Assembly: GCA_019057795.1 (NCBI GenBank)
Contig: JAHLWS010000082.1
Location: 161,538-185,537, forward strand
From: Promethearchaeota archaeon
Lineage (GTDB): Archaea > Asgardarchaeota > Lokiarchaeia > Sigyniarchaeales > SOKP01
Reading direction: 5' to 3'
Length of the DNA: 24,000 nucleotides
A program made the position numbers and the translations under genes. The stretch's first letter is position 1. Every line of letters begins with the position of its first letter. Below, piece after piece: positions 1 through 7,812 of this stretch. The notes beneath the pieces are model-generated. The model was given only the letters and a program-made list of their open reading frames with translations, ran no database searches and was not told the origin of the DNA.

Positions 1-1
1 A

Positions 2-2962
2 CAAGCATTAAAGGACAATAAATTAAAGCAGAGTGAAAGATCATTCAAAAATGCGTTATATATAGCAAATGCATTAGAAAATAAAGATGTAAGAGCAGAT
101 TTATATCTAAAACTTAAAGAAGTTTATATTAAAAGTGATAATGAAGAAATTGCTAAAAATTTCCAAGGAAAATACGAGGAAATAAAAGATTCAGTAAAGT
201 ATTTACCGAAAGAATTTTGGACTAATGATTATTATAGGAAAAAATATTCGTTACCCGACGAGTATAATAAAATTCTAAATGAAATATTAGAGAATCCAGA
301 AGATTTTCTAGATATACCTATCATAGTTTTACCAATTGAAAAGATATATCAATTAAAGCGGTTTGAAAAATTAATTATAGCTAAAAATTTCAAGATATAT
401 CAAGAGGAAGAAAAAATAATTTTATATTATAAGCAAATAATATCCAAGGACCACGAAAAATCTTATTGGGCACACGAAAGATTTGAGTTTAATAAAAATG
501 CTGAATATTTATGCCGTTTTCCATTTATAGACGATTCAGGTGTTATTTTTTTAACTAATTCTAAAAATTTTTTCGCTAAATGGTTTTTATCTTGGAGAGA
601 AATTAGGAATATTATTCAGAATTCTGGAATAAATTACATATTTTTACAACGATATATAGATTATTTGATTGATATAGAACTTGAGAAAGAAATAAATCTT
701 GAAGTCTTTAATAGAATGCGAGTTATTAAGGATTTAGAGTCATTAACTTATTCAATTAAAGGTCCGGAAGAAATAAATCATCACTTTTATGGTTTAAAAA
801 ATATTCTAGAACCAATACTCGAGATCTCAACATTTCCAAGGCTTAAATTAGTAATAGATTTAAAGAATGATATGCATTATGTAAAAACTCATATTATTGA
901 GCCGTTTTTAAAGGAAAAATTCAAAGGATTGAAGTGGTTTTCATTTGCACTTAAAATTGTTCTATATATATCCATTACAGGTAATGAACAAATTATTAAA
1001 AACATAAATGATTCAAAATTAATCGAACTCAATAGAATTTGTAAAATTATTGAAGGTAAATCTGTTTCAAAAGACTTTTTTGAAGAATTTTTCAAATTTT
1101 GTGATGAATATATTCAAGATTATATCTCAAATCGGGTTGATCCGAAATATAAAATAGCATGGTACAATAAAGGTACCTCCTCCTATATCCTAGAGCAATA
1201 TAATGAAGCTATAGATCACTTTGATATGGCTCTTGCGATAGATCCGAATGATAAACCTTCTTGGTTTTATAGAGGGATATGTTACTTCAAAATCGATAAA
1301 TTTGAAGATTCTATTCAGAGTTATCAAAGAGTTCTTGAGATTGACCCAAATGATAAAGAAGTGTGGTTCTATAAAGGAATATCCTTCTATAGATTAAAAC
1401 AATATCAAGATTCCATTGAATGTTTTAAGAATGCACTTGAAAATAAACCTGAGGATTCTCAAATTTGGTTTTATAAAGGAATTTCATATCACCTTTTAAA
1501 AAATTATGAAATGGCAATAAAATGCTTTGATAATGTTATTGAATATGATCCCGAATTCATAGATGCATGGAATAAAAAGGCAGTTGTTTATTATGATTTA
1601 GATGAATTTCAACAAACAATTGATTGTAGTGAAAAAGTGATTAAGATTGAACCAAATAACAAGCAAGCATTATATAATATTGGTATCTCATTGTTGAATT
1701 TAGAAAAATACAACCAAGCAAATCAATTCTTTGAAAAAATATTAACTTTTTATCCTGAATTTAAGCAAGCTAAGATTAAATTAGGATTTTCGTTATGTAA
1801 AATAGAAGATTTCAATAAAGCGCTGAAAATATTCAAAGAATTAATAGAAATTGATCCTAATGATAGTGTAGCGTTGAATAATATGGGAAATTGCTTACAT
1901 AGCCTAAATCAAGATGAGAATGCTTTAGAATGTTACGAAAAAGTTCTGGAAATTGACAAAAATTACAAAATTGCTTGGTATAATAAAGGACTCTCATTAT
2001 ATAATTTAGGACGATTTCATCAAGCATTAGAATGTTATGCTAATGCACTCAATATTGATCCACATTATATTGATGCTTTAATCAATAAAGGTAATACGAA
2101 TTGTGCCTTACATAAATATATGTTGGGAATTCAAGATTATGATAAAGCCCTTGAGATAAATCCAGATAATAAGAGAGCATTATATAATAAAGGTAAAGCT
2201 TTAGCAAGATTGGAAAAATATGAAGATGCATTAAAATATTATAATCAATTTCTAAGTCATGATCAAAACGATAAGATTGTATGGTTTGAGGTTGGAACTA
2301 TATATCATCGTTTAAAAAAAAATAAGGGAGCTCTTAAGTGTTATAAGGAAGTACTTAAGATAGATCCTCAATACACAGAAGCTTTAAATAATATTGGAGT
2401 TGCTTATGGAGAATTAAATAAATATGAAAAAGCAATCCAACAGTATGAAAAAGCCCTCAATTTAAAACCAAAATCAAAAGGGGTCTTATATAATAAAAGC
2501 ATTGCATTAGAAAAATTAGAAAAATTCACAGAAGCTATCGAAAATCTTGATTATGTCATTAATTTAGATCCAAATTATAAAGAAGTTTGGAATAGAAAAG
2601 GCGTGCTATTGAGTAAAATAGAAAACTTCAAAGAGTCTATTAAATGCTTTGATGAGGCTTTAAGAATTGATCCAAATAACATCCCTGCTTTAAATAATAA
2701 AGCTATATCTTATTTGAAATCAGGACTATATGATGAGGCTTATACTTTATTTAAAAAAGTTTATCAGCTTGACCAAGATGATGGTAACTTTAATTACAAT
2801 CAAGCTTGCATAGCTGCTCTTAAAAATGAAACATATAAAGCTTTAAAACTTTTAAATATAGCAGTTGATTATGATGAAAAATATATAGAAATTGCTAAAG
2901 ATGATCAAGATTTTAAGAATATTAAAGATTTAGATGATTTTAAGAACCTGATTAATAAATAA
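2..2962 (+). CDS. TPR-repeat protein (about 17 tandem 34-aa TPR units), 5'-partial; reading frame open to the window edge
   Basis: The track ORF 665..2962 starts at an in-frame TTG. Translating upstream, the same frame (positions 2,5,8...) has no stop and no ATG from nt 2 to 665 (QALKDNKLKQSERSFKNALYIANALENKDVRADLYLKLKEVY...), so the gene probably starts upstream of the window. From about nt 1150 to 2900 the protein is a regular 34-aa repeat array with the TPR signature, e.g. AWYNKGTSSYILEQYNEAIDHFDMALAIDPNDKP / SWFYRGICYFKIDKFEDSIQSYQRVLEIDPNDKE. Confidence 0.9.
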   Translation, partial: QALKDNKLKQSERSFKNALYIANALENKDVRADLYLKLKEVYIKSDNEEIAKNFQGKYEEIKDSVKYLPKEFWTNDYYRKKYSLPDEYNKILNEILENPEDFLDIPIIVLPIEKIYQLKRFEKLIIAKNFKIYQEEEKIILYYKQIISKDHEKSYWAHERFEFNKNAEYLCRFPFIDDSGVIFLTNSKNFFAKWFLSWREIRNIIQNSGINYIFLQRYIDYLIDIELEKEINLEVFNRMRVIKDLESLTYSIKGPEEINHHFYGLKNILEPILEISTFPRLKLVIDLKNDMHYVKTHIIEPFLKEKFKGLKWFSFALKIVLYISITGNEQIIKNINDSKLIELNRICKIIEGKSVSKDFFEEFFKFCDEYIQDYISNRVDPKYKIAWYNKGTSSYILEQYNEAIDHFDMALAIDPNDKPSWFYRGICYFKIDKFEDSIQSYQRVLEIDPNDKEVWFYKGISFYRLKQYQDSIECFKNALENKPEDSQIWFYKGISYHLLKNYEMAIKCFDNVIEYDPEFIDAWNKKAVVYYDLDEFQQTIDCSEKVIKIEPNNKQALYNIGISLLNLEKYNQANQFFEKILTFYPEFKQAKIKLGFSLCKIEDFNKALKIFKELIEIDPNDSVALNNMGNCLHSLNQDENALECYEKVLEIDKNYKIAWYNKGLSLYNLGRFHQALECYANALNIDPHYIDALINKGNTNCALHKYMLGIQDYDKALEINPDNKRALYNKGKALARLEKYEDALKYYNQFLSHDQNDKIVWFEVGTIYHRLKKNKGALKCYKEVLKIDPQYTEALNNIGVAYGELNKYEKAIQQYEKALNLKPKSKGVLYNKSIALEKLEKFTEAIENLDYVINLDPNYKEVWNRKGVLLSKIENFKESIKCFDEALRIDPNNIPALNNKAISYLKSGLYDEAYTLFKKVYQLDQDDGNFNYNQACIAALKNETYKALKLLNIAVDYDEKYIEIAKDDQDFKNIKDLDDFKNLINK

Positions 2963-3298
2963 ATCTAATGTTCCACCAATGATCATTAATTACTTTTATA
3001 ATCCAAATACAAGAAAAAGGACTATGCGCCACTACTCCTCTAATAACTCTGATAATGCTGGTAAATAATGGTATAATTCAGAAACTAATAATCAAATTTT
3101 AATTTGATTCAAGTAAACTAGAATTAATGTTATTTTGGCTCCCCTACATATGTAGCCATTATCGTGATTCTTTCCTTTTCTGGATCAATTCCTAATTCTC
3201 TAAAAGTTTTATGACTTGGCAGGAATTTTCCCTTATACATAAAAGATACACTTGCTAAATTCTTATTTACTTAACTAAATTATAATATCTAGAAACTT

Positions 3299-3628
3299 AT
3301 GTCTTTTCCTGAATTTAGTACCCAATCAAATTTTAAATTTCATTTAAAGAACATTAAAGAATTACTAAATGATACCAATATTCTTAATCGAATTCCAAAC
3401 TTTTCTCTCTCTAACCCAAATCACTTTTATAAGAGGGAAGATAAGCGAGGTTGGTGGATGGCTACAAAGCAAATTGTAATTAGACATTATATAAATGAGT
3501 ATTTGACTATTTTAGGTAGAGATCGTCGGAAGTTTATAAATCTCTATTTTATTGATCTATTAAGCAGTTTTGGGATGAATAAAATAACAAAAAGTGGGGG
3601 TAAAGATGATATTATAAAAATACAATAA
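3299..3628 (+). CDS. Short ORF (109 aa) resembling only the N-terminal part of TcmP-like (three-Cys-motif partner) proteins; probable truncated remnant
   Basis: The segment GWWMATKQIVIRHYINEYLTILGRDRRKFINLYFIDLLSSFGMN resembles, from memory, the TcmP N-terminal pattern (W-T-x-x-K-x...Y-L-x-x-Y...Y-I-D-x-F-A-G-x-G). The glycine motif is degenerate here (LLSSFG). The ORF stops after 109 aa, whereas the family is roughly 2-3 times longer. No continuation is seen in other frames downstream. Confidence 0.35.
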   Translation: MSFPEFSTQSNFKFHLKNIKELLNDTNILNRIPNFSLSNPNHFYKREDKRGWWMATKQIVIRHYINEYLTILGRDRRKFINLYFIDLLSSFGMNKITKSGGKDDIIKIQ

Positions 3629-3745
3629 TTAAAATATTCAATGTATTAATAAAATAACAAGCTAAATAAAATTAAAAATAAAAACCCTCTAATTAGGAGA
3701 TGAGAATAAAAAGGAAAATTTTTGAGAAAAAGTTTTGTTATGAGG

Positions 3746-4816
3746 TTAAGGATTATTCCTTCTAATAGTAACTTTCCCTGTCGCCCATAAATTATCTCTA
3801 GTGTGGATTTTTAGGCAATTTTTACAGACAATTTGAGTAATATGGGGGGGAAAATATACTTCATGAACTTCTCCACATGAACATGTAAGTATTATAACAG
3901 ATTTTTGGTCATGTTTTCTTAAATGAAAATATAAATCAAGATATAATGCAAATACATCTATTCCACGGTCTAAGACAATCAACTTGTGGAAGAATTTCCA
4001 TAAATCCTCCATAGGAATTGTTTTATCATATGAAAGAGATCCATCATGTTTTCTATCTCTAATACGAACGTTATTGTCGTCAACAGGAATGATCCCGCAT
4101 GTATCCTTATGTGAGGGAGCGTTTCTAACATGTATAAGTTCGATTAGGGTATTTTTTACAATATCTGGGGGGGTTCTATTATTATTCGCATTTAATTGAA
4201 AAATTAAGTATAAGTAGTTCCCATATGTCTTATTCTCATGTTTTCCCCATTCATCACCTAGATGCTTGCACCTAGATAGAAAAAGTGGATAATGATTACC
4301 ATAATTCAGTTCAAAGGCATTTATTATGTCGATAATATCTGATTCGCTAGAATCATAAGCATCCATAAGACTTTGTTCTGAATAAATCTTATTCAATTTT
4401 TTAATTTGAGCATTGTATGCAGGTACATCCGAAACAGGTGCCATCGTATGCAGTAATGTGCAAAAATTTTCTGGAAGGAGTTGTAGGTAAGTGTTTGTCC
4501 TAGATATTAAATATTTAAACCATTCAGTAGATAGTTGAAGAATAGCATCAGGAAATTTTCCTACTTTATTCAAAATTATGTGAGTAAGCACTTCCTTAAT
4601 CAAACGAATAAATAAAAATTCCCATGGATAAAGATGAATCTTTTTCTTGTTTATAACCGACCATAATTTTTGTAACAATGGATCTACTTCAATCCAATCA
4701 AATAAATCTTTAAATGAAAGCACCAACTTAGATGCATGATCATTTATAAAATCATTAATCTTGTTTGGATCTAAATTATCCCACCATATTTTAAATATAT
4801 AATCTAATTCTGACAT
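3746..4816 (-). CDS. Hypothetical protein with putative HEPN-type R-x4-H motif and C-terminal 4-Cys zinc ribbon
   Basis: 356-aa ORF. The motif LIELIHVRNAPSHKD (R231-N-A-P-S-H236, nt 4109-4126, verified by reverse-complementing) fits the HEPN Rx4-6H signature, with the typical polar residue after R, in a helical context. The C-terminus CSCGEVHEVYFPPHITQIVCKNC (nt 3815-3883) is a CxC...CxxC zinc ribbon. Confidence 0.7.
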   Translation of the reverse strand: MSELDYIFKIWWDNLDPNKINDFINDHASKLVLSFKDLFDWIEVDPLLQKLWSVINKKKIHLYPWEFLFIRLIKEVLTHIILNKVGKFPDAILQLSTEWFKYLISRTNTYLQLLPENFCTLLHTMAPVSDVPAYNAQIKKLNKIYSEQSLMDAYDSSESDIIDIINAFELNYGNHYPLFLSRCKHLGDEWGKHENKTYGNYLYLIFQLNANNNRTPPDIVKNTLIELIHVRNAPSHKDTCGIIPVDDNNVRIRDRKHDGSLSYDKTIPMEDLWKFFHKLIVLDRGIDVFALYLDLYFHLRKHDQKSVIILTCSCGEVHEVYFPPHITQIVCKNCLKIHTRDNLWATGKVTIRRNNP

Positions 4817-5080
4817 AATTGCATTTGAATCTGAATTTACGTTCTTAATTATAATTTAGTGTTGTCAAATATAAATAATTAATGCAGAGAAATGGAATCT
4901 GATGAGTATTATTAATATATTGTTTTCTTTCATTTTATGGCAAATCCGCCCATACGTCATATTGGATAGTATGTATTTGTTTGTTCTGATTGTTATATCC
5001 TTATATAAAGTCTATGCTTTTTGGAAAATAGGAAATCTCAAGACATTTTGAATTAGAATTTATAATATACCCCGAATTTT

Positions 5081-5112
5081 GTTTTGATTTTAACCAAAAC
5101 AAAGCAAAACAA
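5081..5112. repeat. Same GTTTTGATTT unit followed by inverted, related copies (AAAACAAAGCAAAACAA)
   Basis: gttttgattt lies at 5081-5090. After taacc comes aaaacaaagcaaaacaa at 5096-5112, whose reverse complement is ttgttttgctttgtttt. The element sits in the divergent promoter region upstream of the gene at 5198. Confidence 0.6.
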
Positions 5113-5197
5113 TGCTATGTATAGTAATCTGCTATCTTTTTAACAAAAACCTTTATTAAGGTGGATATCTTTAATTATTATAAAAAATATAATTTTT

Positions 5198-6814
5198 ATG
5201 GAGATCATTATATTAATAATAGCATTATCAGATTGGAGAGTTCAAAATATTGGACTTTTTCTTGATTATTTAGAAGAATTAGAGGAAAAACCAGATGTTA
5301 TAGTCTATGCTGGCGATGATATAGAACGATTTAATCGAGTGGAATACAGATTTTTGCCAAATGAAGAAAAAAAAGAACGAAGGAATCGATTTATTGAGAA
5401 GAATCAATCATTTAAAGCATTAGATAAAAAATCCTTAGAAGATAATATCCAAAAATATGAAAATGAAACCAAGAGTGATGTAAATAAATTTGAAAAAATA
5501 GCGAACTATTCAAAATATGGTTTGTGTGCAGTTGCAGGAAACGACGATCCTCCTTATTATAAAAATGCAATAAATGGAAAAAACGTGCATAATATACACG
5601 ATAACCCAATCGTTATCGACAACTTTGCATTAATTGGGATAGAAGGAACTGTTAGTGAAATAGGTACACTTTTACATACTGAAAAAGAAGTGAAGACTCA
5701 TTTGAAAAATATGGTAAATCGAGTTGGTAATAAGCAATTAATTATCGTTTCACATTCCCCACCATTTAAAATCCTTGATTTCGCTATGAGATTTGGCAAA
5801 AGTCATATAGGTTCTACTTCGTTAAGAAATTTTATTGATAAGTATACTGATAGAACAAGAATGGTAATTTCAGGGCATGTTCACTTACAGGGAGGAAAAT
5901 CCGAGAAATTTAAAGACACATTAGTTGTAAATTGTGCGTCTCATGATTTTCCTGGATCTCCCGGAAAGGTAGCTATTATAGATATCTCTCCTAGTAGTGT
6001 TGATATAAAATGGAAAACCCATTATGGTTTAATGGATGTTCCTTTCGTTGCAGAAAAAAGGGCTGAAGTATTAAAAGAAAATGGAATTAGACGTATGAAA
6101 CAACTGGCAGCATTATCTTTCGATGACCCTTTATCCAAAAAAATCGGGTCCTTTCCTTTAATCGTTACTTATGCGAAAGCAATAATTTCTAATAAAATCA
6201 TAGTTAAAAAAGGTATCAAGTCTGCTTTTGATACCATTGAAAGCGAAAATATCTACTTCTTTGATGCGGAGTATAACACAGCGACTACACGCTCTGGACC
6301 ATACGGTATTTTTCTTTTAGGATGGATGGATATAAATGGAAAAATACAACAATTATTTCTTGATAATCCTCAGGATGAGAAGAAAATGTTAAAAAACTTC
6401 TCAGAATGGGTAGAGAGAGAAAATCCATTATTTATAGCGTACGGTTCGAAAACTGCTGATGTTCCCCATTTGCGTAATTGTTTTTCTAGGTTTGAAATGT
6501 CCTTTAAGCATATAGAAAATTCATTTTTCGATCTCTATGGTGATTTACTCTATACTCAAAGTTATAAGAAACAAAAATATTTTTTACCCATACCAACTCC
6601 TTGCGGGCTTAAAGATGTCTCTAAGTTTTTAGGTTTTCCCCCATCAGATTTGAAATTGTCTATTGGTATTGAAGCTCCATTGGAATATGAAAAGTTCTTA
6701 AGAAAAAGAAATAAATCTGCTAAGGAAAAAATTAAAAACGATCTAATGAGTTATAATCAGGACGATCTGAAAAGAACCAAATATATTTATGACTGTATGA
6801 AGAAAAAAATCTGA
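5198..6814 (+). CDS. Three-domain protein: calcineurin-like metallophosphoesterase + helix-hairpin-helix + YprB-type RNase H-like (DEDD-like) exonuclease
   Basis: Metallophosphoesterase motifs appear in order: ALSDW, YAGDDIERF (GDxxD), VAGNDDPP (GNHD-like), IIVSHSPP, ISGHVHLQGG (GHxH), covering residues 1-272. An HhH-like segment VPFVAEKRAEVLKENGIRRMKQLAAL covers residues 281-306. The C-terminal part has IYFFDAEYNT (DxE, nt 6263), FIAYGSKTADVPHLR, FFDLY...GLKDVSKFLG and SYNQDDLKRTKYIY (YN-x-x-D), matching the YprB/RNase_H_2 exonuclease pattern. Confidence 0.85.
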   Translation: MEIIILIIALSDWRVQNIGLFLDYLEELEEKPDVIVYAGDDIERFNRVEYRFLPNEEKKERRNRFIEKNQSFKALDKKSLEDNIQKYENETKSDVNKFEKIANYSKYGLCAVAGNDDPPYYKNAINGKNVHNIHDNPIVIDNFALIGIEGTVSEIGTLLHTEKEVKTHLKNMVNRVGNKQLIIVSHSPPFKILDFAMRFGKSHIGSTSLRNFIDKYTDRTRMVISGHVHLQGGKSEKFKDTLVVNCASHDFPGSPGKVAIIDISPSSVDIKWKTHYGLMDVPFVAEKRAEVLKENGIRRMKQLAALSFDDPLSKKIGSFPLIVTYAKAIISNKIIVKKGIKSAFDTIESENIYFFDAEYNTATTRSGPYGIFLLGWMDINGKIQQLFLDNPQDEKKMLKNFSEWVERENPLFIAYGSKTADVPHLRNCFSRFEMSFKHIENSFFDLYGDLLYTQSYKKQKYFLPIPTPCGLKDVSKFLGFPPSDLKLSIGIEAPLEYEKFLRKRNKSAKEKIKNDLMSYNQDDLKRTKYIYDCMKKKI

Positions 6815-6914
6815 AATATCTAGAAAATAAATATTCGATCGTTGAAAGCGTATTAGATGACAATAATTTTGTTGTATTTTAAATCAAATAATTGGATTCC
6901 TATTTAAACCAACT

Positions 6915-7334
6915 CTAAAGGGGAAACCATGGCAATCTACATCCTTCTAGGCAGAGTAAACTTGCTACGGAATTCGTGAATTGTGTTAAACTCAACCTTC
7001 CTTCAACATTTTCAAACAGAATGGGATATGTCCCAGGCCACTCTAAATTCTCAATTTGCTCAAAAGTAACGCTTGGATCAATCATTTGCATTACCTCAAA
7101 CAATCCATAAGGACCTTCACCGCAATACCCCCAAGTCAAACCAGACATCCACAATTGAGCATTTTCGCCAATTATAATAACATATTGATGATAAAGTTCT
7201 GGATTCAACTGCCATTCTCGCTCTGCGAAGTAAAGAACAATATATTTAACCTTATCCACCTTATTAAAATGTTCCTTAAAAAATCTCAGAGCGTCTCGAG
7301 TAGACTTTAACGAACCTTGTTTAATAATTTGCAT
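6915..7334 (-). CDS. Hypothetical protein (139 aa)
   Basis: A clean ORF convergent with the preceding gene. It has a globular-looking composition and a distinctive WGYCGEGPYGLFE segment that I cannot assign to a family. Confidence 0.55.
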   Translation of the reverse strand: MQIIKQGSLKSTRDALRFFKEHFNKVDKVKYIVLYFAEREWQLNPELYHQYVIIIGENAQLWMSGLTWGYCGEGPYGLFEVMQMIDPSVTFEQIENLEWPGTYPILFENVEGRLSLTQFTNSVASLLCLEGCRLPWFPL

Positions 7335-7640
7335 AATAGTATGTTAGAATAAAAGTATTTAAAAGAAAAAATAAATCGATCCAAAGAAAAATAATTATAA
7401 AATCTTATTTTACCGCGACTCGGTTGAAAATAGAACAAATCAGCTTAATCCCAAAAAACTGGATTGGATTATCGATAAAATTGATCCAGACATTATCATA
7501 CATGTTCATACAGAAAATTTAGATTGGTTTAAAGAATGTTATGGAGATAAAGCAAAAATTTTAAAAAAAGGAAAGAAAATAATCATATAAGAATTACACA
7601 AATTAAGTTGAGCAATTTATCATAGAATGTGTGAGAAAAG

Positions 7641-7805
7641 ATGAAGGATGAAGATAAAGTAAAATTATGGGAATATCACGAAGCTAATATGAAGCCAAAA
7701 ATGATTGCTAAAGAATTAGGTTATAGTGTTTCGACAATTAAAAGAGTTATTGAAGAATATCAAGATATAAAGGACATACAACTTGAGAGAGAAGAAGATT
7801 TATAA
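7641..7805 (+). CDS. Small helix-turn-helix protein (54 aa), below the ORF-track size cutoff
   Basis: ATG at 7641, TAA at 7803-7805. Translation: MKDEDKVKLWEYHEANMKPKMIAKELGYSVSTIKRVIEEYQDIKDIQLEREEDL. MIAKELGYSVSTIKRVI is a textbook HTH (helix, G turn, recognition helix). Confidence 0.45.
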   Translation: MKDEDKVKLWEYHEANMKPKMIAKELGYSVSTIKRVIEEYQDIKDIQLEREEDL

Positions 7806-7812
7806 TTAATAA

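Noticed and set aside
3130-3240. 36-aa minus-strand ORF (MYKGKFLPSHKTFRELGIDPEKERITIMATYVGEPK) containing the palindrome CTACATATGTAG (3144-3155).
   Set aside because: It is too short and has no recognisable motif. The palindrome is short enough to be chance.
7375-7590. 71-codon open frame (IDPKKNNYKILFYRDSVENRTNQLNPKKLDWIIDKIDPDIIIHVHTENLDWFKECYGDKAKILKKGKKIII-stop).
   Set aside because: It has no in-frame ATG, GTG or TTG. It reads like the C-terminal fragment of a decayed gene but cannot be called a functional CDS.
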